NCBI GenBank assembly: GCA_041671365.1
Contig: JBAZBP010000001.1
Span: 116,459-180,458, forward strand
Origin: Patescibacteria group bacterium
GTDB taxonomy: Bacteria > Patescibacteriota > Patescibacteriia > Patescibacteriales > UBA12465
Length of the DNA: 64,000 nucleotides
Direction: 5' to 3'
This document shows, one piece after another, positions 36,284-50,828 of the stretch. The position numbers and the translations under genes are program-made. The notes beneath the pieces are model-generated. The model was not told the origin of the DNA and searched no databases. It was given only the letters and a program-made list of their open reading frames with translations. The stretch's first letter is position 1. Each line of letters starts with the position of its first letter.

Positions 36284-36541
36284 TTGGGCGCAGGCTGTAT
36301 GAAAAATGATTCTTGGGGATTAGCCTTAAAGGTTATGGCCAACGTTTCTGCTTGGATCGCTTTTCCGGTTATTATCGGTTTGTATTTAGGAAAATGGTTA
36401 GATAAAAAGTTAGGGACTGATCCTTGGTTGTTTTTGCTGACAATTGCTTTATGCTTCGCTGTTTCTATTTATGGTTTGACGGTCAACGCTTTAAAAGAAT
36501 TTAAACAGATAGAAAAAGAATATCGAGATAAGAAAAAATAG
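36284..36541 (+). CDS. ATP synthase operon leader protein (AtpZ/AtpI-like small membrane protein)
   Basis: 85 aa with 2 TMs. Immediately upstream of atpB. Confidence 0.45.
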   Translation: MGAGCMKNDSWGLALKVMANVSAWIAFPVIIGLYLGKWLDKKLGTDPWLFLLTIALCFAVSIYGLTVNALKEFKQIEKEYRDKKK

Positions 36542-36556
36542 TTTAATGGATTTTGC

Positions 36557-37369
36557 ATGGTAGAAGAGATTATTCATGAAAATACTTTATATTCTGAGCC
36601 GATAGCCCATATCGGCAATTTTGTAATTACTAACTCTTTGATGACGTCCGGCTTAGCTCTGGTTATTGTCTGTATTTTAGCAGTCGCTATCAGTCGTAAC
36701 TTAAGACAGGTTCCGACTGGTTTACAGAACGCTTTGGAAATGATTATTGAAGGTTTTTTGGGAATTTTTGACAGTGTTACCGGTAATCGTCAGCGATCAT
36801 TAGGTTTTGCGCCGATAGTTTTAGCCTTTTTCTTTTTTATTTTAATCAATAATTGGATGGGGCTTTTGCCGGGAGTAGGCTCAATTGGTCAGATTGTCCA
36901 ATCCGGAGGTGAAAAGTTTTTTATTCCCTATTTACGAGGCGGAACGGCCGATTTGAATACTACCTTAGCTTTGGCCACTTTAGGCGTAGTTTTAAGTCAT
37001 ATTTTTGGAATATTAGCTATCGGTTGGTGGAAGTATCTTAATAAATTTATTAACATCAAAGCTTTTTTAGACATACCCCGGAAAATTAAGAAAGATCCGA
37101 TGATTTTATTGATTAATCCGATTAAAGCCTTTGTTGGTCTGATTGAAGTGGTCGGAGAATTGGCTAAAGTCGCTAGTCTATCTTTCCGGTTATTCGGTAA
37201 TGTTTTTGCCGGTGAAGTTTTGTTGGCTTCGATTTCGGCCATGTTAGCTTATGGCGCTCCGATCCCTTTTTTATTTTTAGAAGTTTTAGTCGGCCTGATT
37301 CAGGCTTTAATTTTTATGATGTTAGTGTTAACATATTTAACAATTAACACTACCGCCGAAGAACATTAA
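36557..37369 (+). CDS. atpB: F0F1 ATP synthase subunit a
   Basis: Conserved Arg helix …LSFRLFGNVFAGEVLL…. Confidence 0.85.
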   Translation: MVEEIIHENTLYSEPIAHIGNFVITNSLMTSGLALVIVCILAVAISRNLRQVPTGLQNALEMIIEGFLGIFDSVTGNRQRSLGFAPIVLAFFFFILINNWMGLLPGVGSIGQIVQSGGEKFFIPYLRGGTADLNTTLALATLGVVLSHIFGILAIGWWKYLNKFINIKAFLDIPRKIKKDPMILLINPIKAFVGLIEVVGELAKVASLSFRLFGNVFAGEVLLASISAMLAYGAPIPFLFLEVLVGLIQALIFMMLVLTYLTINTTAEEH

Positions 37370-37413
37370 TTTAATTATAAATAAAAGCTCAAACAAATAT
37401 ATCAATTTGTTGA

Positions 37414-37641
<228 letters not shown>

Positions 37642-37733
37642 TAATTTGACGGATTTCTCCTGATTTTAATCGGGGGAAGACGCCAGATGGTTATTTTTTA
37701 ACTTTCTAATTTTTAACTTTCTAATTTATTCCT

Positions 37734-38222
37734 ATGGATTCATTAATTTCTACTTTTCATCTTGATATCGGTTTATTTGTTGCTCAGCTGGTTAATTTTT
37801 CTATTGTCTTCTTGGTTTTATATTGGTTTGCTTTTAAGCCATTGGTTAAAATTATGACTGATCGTTCCGCTAAAATCGATCAGAGCCTAAAAGACGCGGC
37901 TGAGATTGAAAAAAGATTAACCTTAACTACGCAAGAACGAGAAGCGGTTATCGTTGCCGCCAAAAAGCAAGCGAATTTAATTATTGAAGAAGCCGATAAG
38001 CGCGGCGAAGAACGACGCAGCGAATTATTAAGACAAGCTAAGGAAGATATCGGGCAGGTAATTAATAATGAAAAAGCTAAATTATTGAGAGAAAAGGCGG
38101 AAACTTTAAAGGAAATAAAAAAGGAAATAGCCGAACTCGTAATTTTAACTGTAGAAAAATTACTGAGCGAGAAAATGACCAGCGATAAAGATCGCGAGTT
38201 AATTAAGAAGTTGTTGAAATAG
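37734..38222 (+). CDS. atpF: F0F1 ATP synthase subunit b
   Basis: N-terminal TM followed by a long charged helix. Confidence 0.8.
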   Translation: MDSLISTFHLDIGLFVAQLVNFSIVFLVLYWFAFKPLVKIMTDRSAKIDQSLKDAAEIEKRLTLTTQEREAVIVAAKKQANLIIEEADKRGEERRSELLRQAKEDIGQVINNEKAKLLREKAETLKEIKKEIAELVILTVEKLLSEKMTSDKDRELIKKLLK

Positions 38223-38252
38223 TTGAATTTGTGCGCTGTTAATATCAAAAAA

Positions 38253-38654
38253 ATGAAAATATCGAAGCAACAATACGCCCGGAGCCTCTACGAAGCGATT
38301 AGCGATAAATCCGATAAAGAAGTTAAGGCGATAATCGCCGGTTTTGTCTCGATTTTAGCCCAGCATCATGATTTAGATCGAGGAGCGGAGATAATTCAAA
38401 ATTTTCAAGAATTATGGAGCTTAGAACGCGGAGAACTAAGGGTAGAACTAACGAGTGCACGACGTTTAGAGCCGACGGTTAAAGCATCCATCGTTGATTA
38501 TTTGAAAAATAAAACCGGAGCATCCAGTATAGATCTGCAGGAGAAAATAGATGTTAATTTAATTGGTGGTTTTGTGCTAGGGTATAATAGCAGCGTGCTT
38601 GATGGTAGTTTGCGTAACAGTTTAACGGATTTGAAAAATAAAATTAGTAATTAG
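38253..38654 (+). CDS. atpH: F0F1 ATP synthase subunit delta (OSCP)
   Basis: MKISKQQYARSLYEAI… OSCP N-terminus. The ATG at 38253 is preferred over the TTG at 38223 that heads the ORF track. Confidence 0.75.
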   Translation: MKISKQQYARSLYEAISDKSDKEVKAIIAGFVSILAQHHDLDRGAEIIQNFQELWSLERGELRVELTSARRLEPTVKASIVDYLKNKTGASSIDLQEKIDVNLIGGFVLGYNSSVLDGSLRNSLTDLKNKISN

Positions 38655-38667
38655 CTTTAAATAAATT

Positions 38668-40191
38668 ATGTCAACCACAAAAGATTTTATTGTTGAGCAA
38701 TTAAAAGAAGAAATTGCCGGCTTTAAAGGAGGAATTACCGAAAAATCGACTGGTCGAGTTTTAAAAATTTTTGATGGTATTGCTTTAGTTTCCGGTTTAT
38801 CGGAAGCGATGATGAGCGAAATTTTAGTTTTTAAAACCGCAAAAGGCGAAGTCAATGGCGTAGCTTTGAATTTAGAAGAAGACCAAGTCGGAGTTATTAT
38901 TTTTGGCGACTATACGGCCATTAAGGAGGGCGATGAAGTGGTTGCCACCAAAAAGATTTTAGAAGTGCCGGTGGGCGAAGCTTTAATTGGCCGAGTAGTT
39001 AATCCTTTAGGCGAGCCCATGGACGGTAAAGGAAAAATAGCGACCACTAAATTTTATCCGATTGAAAAAATTGCTCCCGGCGTAATTACCCGTGATCCGG
39101 TTAAACAATCTGTTCAGACCGGGATTAAGGCTATTGACGCGATGATTCCTATCGGTCGCGGTCAAAGAGAGTTAATTATCGGTGATCGTCAACTCGGTAA
39201 AACGGCAATTGCCATTGATACTATTATCAACCAGAAAGGAGAGAACATGAAATGTGTTTATGTGGCTATTGGTCAAAAAGAATCTAAGGTGGCCAATATT
39301 GTGGCTAAACTGGAGGCTACTGGGGCGATGAAATATACTACGGTAGTTTTAGCCGGCGCCTCTGCTTCCGCTTCTTTACTATACATTGCTCCTTATGCCG
39401 GTTGCGCTATGGCTGAATATTTTCTCGATCAGGGTGAAGATGTTTTGATTATTTATGATGATTTATCCAAACACGCGGTGTCTTATCGAGAAATTTCTCT
39501 ATTATTACGCCGACCCCCGGGAAGAGAAGCTTACCCGGGCGATGTTTTTTATTTGCATTCTCGATTACTCGAAAGATCTTGTAAATTAAATAAAGAATAC
39601 GGCGGCGGTTCAATTACGGCTTTACCGATTATTGAAACCCAGGCCGGTGATTTGTCGGCCTATATTCCGACTAATGTTATTTCTATTACCGATGGCCAGA
39701 TTTTTTTGGAACCGGATTTGTTTTATAAAGGTAATCGCCCGGCGGTTAATGCCGGATTGTCCGTATCTCGAGTTGGTTCGGCCGCTCAGATTAAAGCAAT
39801 GAAAAAAGTGGCCGGTAAAATGCGTCTTGAGGCCGCTCAATATCGGGAACTGGCTGCTTTTGCTCAATTTGGATCAGATCTTGATTCGGAAACTAAGAAG
39901 AAATTAAGTCGCGGTCAGCGCTTATACGAAATTTTTAAACAGGATCAGTACCAACCGCTTTCGGTAGCGAAGCAAGTTTTAATTTATTATACTTTGATTA
40001 ACGGCTTGATGGACGATGTTCCGGTTGAACGAGTTCGAGAATTTGAGAATGGTTTGTATAAATATGCCGATTTGCATGATGAAGTTTTAAAAGTAATCAA
40101 TACTAGAAAAGAACTGGACGAAGCGTTGGAGGTTCAAGTTAAAACTTTAATTTCCGATTACAAGACAACCGTTGAGTATTTAGTAAAGTAA
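38668..40191 (+). CDS. atpA: F0F1 ATP synthase subunit alpha
   Basis: [19 protein letters not shown]-loop and the alpha signature region. Confidence 0.97.
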   Translation: MSTTKDFIVEQLKEEIAGFKGGITEKSTGRVLKIFDGIALVSGLSEAMMSEILVFKTAKGEVNGVALNLEEDQVGVIIFGDYTAIKEGDEVVATKKILEVPVGEALIGRVVNPLGEPMDGKGKIATTKFYPIEKIAPGVITRDPVKQSVQTGIKAIDAMIPIGRGQRELIIGDRQLGKTAIAIDTIINQKGENMKCVYVAIGQKESKVANIVAKLEATGAMKYTTVVLAGASASASLLYIAPYAGCAMAEYFLDQGEDVLIIYDDLSKHAVSYREISLLLRRPPGREAYPGDVFYLHSRLLERSCKLNKEYGGGSITALPIIETQAGDLSAYIPTNVISITDGQIFLEPDLFYKGNRPAVNAGLSVSRVGSAAQIKAMKKVAGKMRLEAAQYRELAAFAQFGSDLDSETKKKLSRGQRLYEIFKQDQYQPLSVAKQVLIYYTLINGLMDDVPVERVREFENGLYKYADLHDEVLKVINTRKELDEALEVQVKTLISDYKTTVEYLVK

Positions 40192-40193
40192 TT

Positions 40194-42561
<2,368 letters not shown>

Positions 42562-42563
42562 TT

Positions 42564-43010
42564 ATGTCTCAAAAGACTATAAAATTCGAGATTGTTACTC
42601 CGGAAAAAGTTGTTTTTAAAAAAGACATTCTTCAAGTTTCAGTGCCGACGACTAGCGGAGAAATTACAATTTTACCTGATCATATTCCCTTAATTTCGGT
42701 TTTACGGCCCGGCGTCATCGAATTGAAGAAAGAAGACGGAGCTCTAGAGTTGATGTCTGTATCGGGCGGTTTTATTGAGGTTATGAAGGGAAAAATAGTG
42801 ATTCTGGCCGATACGGCCGAAAGAGCTGAAGAGTTAGACGCGGAAAGAATAAAAATAGCCCAGCTTCGAGCCGAAGAGTTAAAAAAGAGCGCTCAGAATG
42901 TAGATGATGTGCAGTTTGCCGATATCTCGGCACGCCTGGAAAAAGAATTGGCGCGAGAAAAGACAGTTAATCGCTGGAGGCATTTAAAAAATTTAGATAA
43001 TAAAAATTAA
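42564..43010 (+). CDS. atpC: F0F1 ATP synthase subunit epsilon
   Basis: Beta-sandwich plus helical hairpin. Last gene of the operon. Confidence 0.9.
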   Translation: MSQKTIKFEIVTPEKVVFKKDILQVSVPTTSGEITILPDHIPLISVLRPGVIELKKEDGALELMSVSGGFIEVMKGKIVILADTAERAEELDAERIKIAQLRAEELKKSAQNVDDVQFADISARLEKELAREKTVNRWRHLKNLDNKN

Positions 43011-43047
43011 AATAAGTTCATTTAATTAATATAAAAAGGAGAATCAC

Positions 43048-43851
43048 ATGTTTAATCAACGACCAGACAACCTACTTCATAATATGACAGAAAAAAATAA
43101 AGACCATCATGAGGAGTTATTGGATCATGAATGGGAAAAATCAGAACGTAATACTATTATTGAAGCTTTGAAATCAGGCAAAAAAATTGCCGAGATTATT
43201 AAAGACGTTCCCGGTTTTCAAAAAGCTTTTGATCACCGACTTACTTGTTTGGAATGTTCCGACGGTCGGGTTTGTTCCGGAGCTAAATTGGGGTTGCCGG
43301 GAGCCAGCGGCATTCTTCTTTCCGAAGAAGGAAAAAAGATTTTAGCCGAAGTCCTGAGAGACAAGGGCCTTTTATTGACTGGTCACGAAAGTTGTGGTGC
43401 GGCCGCCTTAGCCCATCCGGGAGATGATAGCGACAAATATGGTTATGAAAACGTTCGAGCTTTAGCCACCGTTACCGGCAATTCTTATGGAGAAGTCTAT
43501 AAAGATCAATTTGTCTGTTCGGTCCATAATGAAAGATCCTTGGTGTTAGAAGGTACTGGTCGATTTGATTGCGCTAACTGGAAGGAGTTTCCGGCGCAAT
43601 TTATAAATTCTGCCCCCTTTTTGGGACTGCCAGATGGTGATATAAAAAATACTGTGACGGCTTTATCTCAAATTGCATTTAGTGATCATGGATATGGCCA
43701 GAGATTTAATGCCCAGAACCCATTTTATGTCATAGTTTCCGCCGACAGTCAGGAGAAGCTCGATCATCTTCTAACATTGGCCCATGAAGCGGTTAAAGAT
43801 TTTGGTGATAAAGTAAAAGTAGATGGTTTTATTGCCCCCGACAAAAAATAA
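43048..43851 (+). CDS. Hypothetical protein with beta-carbonic-anhydrase-like zinc motifs (divergent)
   Basis: LTCLECSDGRV (CxDxR) and LLLTGHESCGAAA (HxxCG), each following a hydrophobic strand as in beta-CA. The RNAGN-like motif is missing. Good SD (AAAGGAG). Confidence 0.35.
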   Translation: MFNQRPDNLLHNMTEKNKDHHEELLDHEWEKSERNTIIEALKSGKKIAEIIKDVPGFQKAFDHRLTCLECSDGRVCSGAKLGLPGASGILLSEEGKKILAEVLRDKGLLLTGHESCGAAALAHPGDDSDKYGYENVRALATVTGNSYGEVYKDQFVCSVHNERSLVLEGTGRFDCANWKEFPAQFINSAPFLGLPDGDIKNTVTALSQIAFSDHGYGQRFNAQNPFYVIVSADSQEKLDHLLTLAHEAVKDFGDKVKVDGFIAPDKK

Positions 43852-43870
43852 GTTAGCCGGAAAAAAATCA

Positions 43871-43906
43871 AAAAAGACTGTTGTCTCCAACAGTCTTTTA
43901 TTTTTG
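43871..43906. terminator. Bidirectional rho-independent terminator between the 43048 ORF and uppP
   Basis: AGACTGTTG-tctc-CAACAGTCT perfect hairpin flanked by A and T runs. Confidence 0.75.
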
Positions 43907-43921
43907 GGTATTAAACCTTTT

Positions 43922-44740
43922 TTATTTTAGGAATAGCCAGAGAAAAATTATAGCTCCTAAAATTATCCGATACCAGCCAAAAGGTACAAAATTATTGTTT
44001 TGGATAAATTTAATAAAAAATTTAACGCCGATTACGGCCGTTACAAAAGAAACAAAAAAACCAATCAACCACATAAATAAATCTTGACCGCTTAAGCCGC
44101 TTAGAAAGTCTTGGCTTTTATAAAGATCTAAGCCGGTGGCGGCTATCATAGTCGGAATCGCCAAGAGAAACGAGAATTCCACGATATCTTGTCGTTTAAC
44201 GCCCAAACTCAAACCGCCGACTATTGTCGCTCCGGCACGTGATACACCGGGAATAATCGCTAAAGACTGACAAGTGCCGATAATCGCCGCTTGCTTATAA
44301 GAAATAGAAGACAATTCTTCCGGCGTCGACTTACTAACGGCTTGCTCGGCGACTAAAGGGTTGTTTTGATGGGGATAATATTTTTCAAATATTATTAAAA
44401 TAATGCCGCCGAGCAAAAGAGCCGCGGCGATAATATAGTTATTATCCATCAGATAGTTTTTAACTATTTTATAGAAAGCTAAACCGATAATGGCGGTTGG
44501 AATAAAAGCGGTAGTGATTTTGCCGATTAAATTCCAACTGCTCCAAATTTTTTTCCAAAATAAAATTACAACGGCCAGAATTGCCCCGAGTTGAATGGAA
44601 ATTTCAAAAGTTTTTAAGAATTCCGTGCTGGGAATATGTAGCCAGTCGCTCGCCAGAATCAAGTGGGCAGTGGAGGAGATCGGTAAAAATTCTGTTAGCC
44701 CCTCGATAATACCGAGTATTAAGCTGTAAAAAATTGTCAT
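43922..44740 (-). CDS. uppP: Undecaprenyl-diphosphate phosphatase
   Basis: …IEGLTEFLPISSTAHLIL… BacA/UppP motifs. 8 TMs. Confidence 0.9.
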   Translation of the reverse strand: MTIFYSLILGIIEGLTEFLPISSTAHLILASDWLHIPSTEFLKTFEISIQLGAILAVVILFWKKIWSSWNLIGKITTAFIPTAIIGLAFYKIVKNYLMDNNYIIAAALLLGGIILIIFEKYYPHQNNPLVAEQAVSKSTPEELSSISYKQAAIIGTCQSLAIIPGVSRAGATIVGGLSLGVKRQDIVEFSFLLAIPTMIAATGLDLYKSQDFLSGLSGQDLFMWLIGFFVSFVTAVIGVKFFIKFIQNNNFVPFGWYRIILGAIIFLWLFLK

Positions 44741-44802
44741 ATTTTGAGATTTAAAAAATAATATCTATATTCTACAACAAAATTAACTATTATTCCATTG
44801 TC

Positions 44803-44831
44803 TTGACAATTAATTTTTAAACGTCTAAAAT
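44803..44831 (+). promoter_or_regulatory. Sigma70-like promoter of groES-groEL
   Basis: TTGACA, 17 nt, TAAAAT. Confidence 0.6.
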
Positions 44832-44841
44832 TATAACATAA

Positions 44842-44868
44842 TTAGCACTCGTCTTTATTGAGTGCTAA
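44842..44868 (+). promoter_or_regulatory. CIRCE operator upstream of groES
   Basis: TTAGCACTC-N9-GAGTGCTAA perfect inverted repeat, 10 nt downstream of the -10 element. Confidence 0.85.
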
Positions 44869-44895
44869 TAATAATTTATTTAATATTAGAAAAAA

Positions 44896-46866
<1,971 letters not shown>

Positions 46867-46887
46867 TTTTTAAACCGATTCGTTTTT

Positions 46888-46918
46888 AAAAACCGTTCAT
46901 TTTTGAGCGGTTTTTTTG
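46888..46918 (+). terminator. Rho-independent terminator after groEL
   Basis: AAACCGTTCA-tttt-TGAGCGGTTT hairpin (one G·U pair), then TTTTTT. Confidence 0.65.
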
Positions 46919-46976
46919 ATTTTAATTTTTAGATTATTTTGCTATAATATATTCATCTAATCTTTTAAATTTTATT

Positions 46977-47468
46977 ATGAAAAATGTTAAAAATTCTCGC
47001 CATCGTCCGGTGGTGGTCGTTGTTTCCGGTTATTTTAATCCCCTTCATGTCGGGCACTTGGAAATGATTTCTCGGGCTAAAAAGTTGGGCGACAAATTAG
47101 TGGTGATTGTTAATAATGATAAGCAGGTAAAATTAAAAGGCAGTGTGCCTTTTATGTCCGAAGCGGATAGATTAAAAATAGTTAAGGCTTTACGTGATGT
47201 TGATGAGGTATTTTTATCAATTGATGATTATAAATTAGCCAGCGGGCATGTTCCGGTTATAAAATCTTTAGCTAAAATTAAACCGGATATTTTTGCTAAT
47301 GGCGGCGATCGCCATAGCGTTGGGGATGTGCCCGAATATGCCATTTGTCAAAAATTAAAGATAAAAATGGTTGACGGTTTAGGTCGAAAAATTAGAGCTA
47401 GTTCTGTTATCATCGCCCAGGCCAAAGCGCGCGAAATTAAAACTTGTAACTCTGCTTGTTGCGGTTAA
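46977..47468 (+). CDS. Cytidylyltransferase-like HxGH nucleotidyltransferase (TagD/RfaE-domain-II-like)
   Basis: VVVSGYFNPLHVGHLEMISRAKKLGDKLVVIVNND places a HIGH-type motif in a Rossmann fold. Confidence 0.6.
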   Translation: MKNVKNSRHRPVVVVVSGYFNPLHVGHLEMISRAKKLGDKLVVIVNNDKQVKLKGSVPFMSEADRLKIVKALRDVDEVFLSIDDYKLASGHVPVIKSLAKIKPDIFANGGDRHSVGDVPEYAICQKLKIKMVDGLGRKIRASSVIIAQAKAREIKTCNSACCG

Positions 47469-47491
47469 TTATTTGACTGAAAAATATAATT

Positions 47492-48436
47492 ATGAAAAAA
47501 ATAGTCCGCTATTTATTAATTATCGCCGTTATTTTTTTGGCTACTATTGTAGTAGTGAGTATTTTTTACGCCCAGTCTATTTATAGAAATTTGGTTGCCG
47601 GCAATAGATCGGAGTTTCCATACTTATTAACAAAAATTTTTGATCGTTTGTCTCCGTCGTCGCCGCTTGTCCCTATATTGAAAGCTGAATATACTATTCA
47701 GATTCTCGAAGGCTGGACTAATCAAGATATTGCTCGTTATTTGGCTGAAAAAGGAAACTGGACCACTAAAGATTTTCTAGAAGTTGCCGGTTCGGCTCAA
47801 TTTTCCGATAGCGGCTCGGCTGTAGCAGCGAGCTCTACCGAATTGGCCGCTCGTTTTTCTTTTTTAGAGGATCGGCCGAAAAACGTTGGGCTGGAAGGTT
47901 ATTTGTTTCCCGATACTTATCGTATTTATGCCAGTTCGACCGTTAAAGAAATAATTGTCCGCATGTTAAATAATTTTAACGAAAAGTTGACGTCTAAAAT
48001 GCGAGCAGATATCAAGTCTCAAGGAAAAACAATTTATGATATAATTATTATGGCCTCTTTGATAGAAAAAGAAGCGCCGATTAATTATAAGCAAGGCAAT
48101 AACTCTGATGCGAAAATTATTTCCGGGATTTTTTGGGATCGACTTAAAAATAATCAGGCCTTAGAATCCGATGCCACGCTTTCTTATATTTTAAAAGATA
48201 ATCAACCTAGCCATAGCGGTCAAGAATTAGAAATTAATTCTCCTTATAATACCTATAAATATCGAGGGTTGCCACCGGGACCGATTTGCAACCCCGGTTT
48301 ATTGGCTATTGAGGCGGCTATTTATCCGACCTGGTCTCAATATAATTATTTTTTATCGCCGCCGGAAAAAAACACGGTAATTTATGCTAAAACTTATGAC
48401 GAGCATTTGAAAAATGTCTATCAATATTTAAGATAA
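47492..48436 (+). CDS. mltG: Endolytic murein transglycosylase MltG (YceG family)
   Basis: N-terminal TM, GYLFPDTYRIY, SLIEKEA and YNTYKYRGLPPGPICNPG motifs. Confidence 0.8.
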   Translation: MKKIVRYLLIIAVIFLATIVVVSIFYAQSIYRNLVAGNRSEFPYLLTKIFDRLSPSSPLVPILKAEYTIQILEGWTNQDIARYLAEKGNWTTKDFLEVAGSAQFSDSGSAVAASSTELAARFSFLEDRPKNVGLEGYLFPDTYRIYASSTVKEIIVRMLNNFNEKLTSKMRADIKSQGKTIYDIIIMASLIEKEAPINYKQGNNSDAKIISGIFWDRLKNNQALESDATLSYILKDNQPSHSGQELEINSPYNTYKYRGLPPGPICNPGLLAIEAAIYPTWSQYNYFLSPPEKNTVIYAKTYDEHLKNVYQYLR

Positions 48437-48440
48437 ATTT

Positions 48441-50828
48441 ATGTTTACTGAACCTTCAACAATTTTATCTTCAGAAAACGAGACCGTCGATGATTCCGTG
48501 AACGGCGAGCCGGAATCTTCGCCGCCGCCGTTTAAAAAAATTTTATTTCTAACAGCTTTAATTTTAGCTGTTGTTATTTTAGGAATTGCTATTTTTTTTG
48601 TAGTTAAAAAATATTGGCCATCCCCAAGACAACCGGTGGTAAATAATTTAGATTTGACCAGCAGTACAACTGTTCCGGTTTCACCGGCTACGACCACTCT
48701 ACCAAACCTAGATCCGATAGCGACGACAACCGTCGACGTGGCGACGTCTTCTTTTTCTAATTTAGAGATAGAATATTTATCGTTTGCTGATTTTTATAAA
48801 GCGCCAGACAACAAAATCATCCCAAAAATTATTAACTACCCCTTGCCGTTAAACGTTAAAATAGACGTAATGAATTATTATGATATTTCTCGTAAATTAA
48901 ATCTAGACCCCGGGTTGAATGATCTAAACGGTCAGGGGTTTACCTTGATTAACAATCCTTGGCCGCAAAAATCCCCGGATTTTTTTGCTCTTTACGGCAG
49001 TTTGAGCGCCAATCAGATCCCTTTGCTGATTACTTCCGATTTTATTATCTATAATTATCAGAATATTTTAAAAAAATCCTTTAAAGATATTGAAAAAAAT
49101 GTTTTTTATAATAATCTTTGGGATATTAATTATCGTTTATATACCGCCGCGAAAAATCGTTATGAAGCGCGCTTGGCCAGTATCGGCAACATTAACGACT
49201 CTATTCTGGAAGGAGAAAGGCTGGAAACCGCTTTTTTTGCGGTTGCTCTAGAATTATTAAAACCGGCTGTTAATCAAACTCCATCCAACAGCGCTTCGCC
49301 TAACTTAGATTTATTTACGAAGACGGAAACCGATCGTTTTTATTTTGTAGTTCCGCCCTATCTTCGTGATGACGTCTTGGCGGAAGAGAATCTTATTCGC
49401 GGCGCTAATGCTTCCCAGACTAAATCTCCGGTTTTTCTTTACCCGCGTGATTATAAGGAATTTATCGTGCCCCCAGATTATCGCACGGATGCTAAATTAA
49501 ATAATTTTTATTTAACCACTAAGTGGCTAAATTCTGTTTTTCCTTTGAATTATCGCGATAAAAATTGCCCGAACTGTCTTCTTGATCGGGCGGATTGGCG
49601 GATTAATTTAACCGCCGCCAGTTTAATATCTCAAGACTTTTCTCTGCTTCCGGAATTGAAGAATAAATGGGCCAGAATTTATAAAGTGATGTCTTTTTTT
49701 AAAGGCTTGCGGGAAGATTTGAGTTATATTAACTATCGTGATTCCTTGAGTTCTTTATTTGGAGCGGATTATAAAATTGATGAACTATTTAGTGATCAAA
49801 ATAAACAGGGGCTAAGTAATTTAGAAAAATTACGCGCCAAGCTTTCGGATCTTGATTTTTCGGTAATTGCCGGAGGTTTGGATCGTAATTCGCCGTCTTT
49901 TAAGTCTCAATCGGGCCTTAAAGTGCTGGCTGAATCATTTTGGCCCAATGATTATATTTTTAGCCGATTAACAGCGCCGACCGTTAGCACTTATTTAGGA
50001 ACTAGCACGCTTTCGACTAATATTACTTCTTGCAAAAAGAATCAGTCAACTGTGCGATGTACCGGTTTTTCGCTTGATCCGATAAATCTAGTTTATCCTA
50101 TCGGAGGGAGTCTTTATTTTGCCGAGAATACCAATTACTTGCATTATAATCAAGAAATATCCAATCTTCAGGCGAAAATGTCTAAGGATAATGTTAAGTA
50201 TACCAATAACTATTGGACAACCCTGAATTTAATAAAAATATTTTTATCTCCAGATAAAAATCTTCTGCCTGTGTTTGCTTTATCTCCGGAGTGGAGGAAC
50301 AAGGAACTTAAAACGGCGGCGGCTGTCTGGATTAATCTTCAGCTACCTCTAGAAAATTTTTCAGTTGTCCCTACTTTTACCGGGACAAATATTAACAGCT
50401 TAACCCAATTAAATAAAAATTCTTATGTCGAACCTAATTTGAATTTAATTAATGAACTGATAGCCAATAACAACATGCTTTTAGGTATGTTTAATGCCTT
50501 GCAATTGGACACAGAGGTCCCAGCGGCGTCGCAGAATATTAAAAATTTTTCGTCTAATCTAATTGCTTTGCAGCAAATAGTGACTAAAGAGCTTGCCGGT
50601 GAATCGTTGACGACGACCGATAATGAAACGATTGTCGGCTTCACTCGACAATTTAAAATTACTAATTACTCGCCCGGCAATCAGCAATTATATTTAAGTT
50701 TTCCTCAGACAAAAAACGGCCTTAAAGAAGATCTTAGCCAATTGCAGTTATTAGTTTTAATTCATCAAGAGGGCAATAATAAAGTATTTTCCGTCGGTCC
50801 GGCGTGGAGTTATCAAGAGGGTCGTTAG
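48441..50828 (+). CDS. Large bitopic (N-in, TM, large exported domain) protein of unknown function
   Basis: Cytoplasmic acidic and proline-rich N-terminus, one TM (ILFLTALILAVVILGIAIFFVV), a Thr/Ser-rich linker, then about 700 aa with no motif I recognise. Begins 4 nt after mltG. Confidence 0.4.
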   Translation: MFTEPSTILSSENETVDDSVNGEPESSPPPFKKILFLTALILAVVILGIAIFFVVKKYWPSPRQPVVNNLDLTSSTTVPVSPATTTLPNLDPIATTTVDVATSSFSNLEIEYLSFADFYKAPDNKIIPKIINYPLPLNVKIDVMNYYDISRKLNLDPGLNDLNGQGFTLINNPWPQKSPDFFALYGSLSANQIPLLITSDFIIYNYQNILKKSFKDIEKNVFYNNLWDINYRLYTAAKNRYEARLASIGNINDSILEGERLETAFFAVALELLKPAVNQTPSNSASPNLDLFTKTETDRFYFVVPPYLRDDVLAEENLIRGANASQTKSPVFLYPRDYKEFIVPPDYRTDAKLNNFYLTTKWLNSVFPLNYRDKNCPNCLLDRADWRINLTAASLISQDFSLLPELKNKWARIYKVMSFFKGLREDLSYINYRDSLSSLFGADYKIDELFSDQNKQGLSNLEKLRAKLSDLDFSVIAGGLDRNSPSFKSQSGLKVLAESFWPNDYIFSRLTAPTVSTYLGTSTLSTNITSCKKNQSTVRCTGFSLDPINLVYPIGGSLYFAENTNYLHYNQEISNLQAKMSKDNVKYTNNYWTTLNLIKIFLSPDKNLLPVFALSPEWRNKELKTAAAVWINLQLPLENFSVVPTFTGTNINSLTQLNKNSYVEPNLNLINELIANNNMLLGMFNALQLDTEVPAASQNIKNFSSNLIALQQIVTKELAGESLTTTDNETIVGFTRQFKITNYSPGNQQLYLSFPQTKNGLKEDLSQLQLLVLIHQEGNNKVFSVGPAWSYQEGR

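Noticed and set aside
38223-38252. TTG-initiated 10-residue N-terminal extension of atpH (MNLCAVNIKK).
   Set aside because: The internal ATG at 38253 gives the conserved OSCP N-terminus (MKISKQQYARSLYEA). The extension would overlap the atpF stop region without an RBS.
44858-44895. TTG-initiated extension of groES (MSANNNLFNIRKN).
   Set aside because: It overlaps the CIRCE operator. The conserved GroES N-terminus starts at the ATG at 44896.
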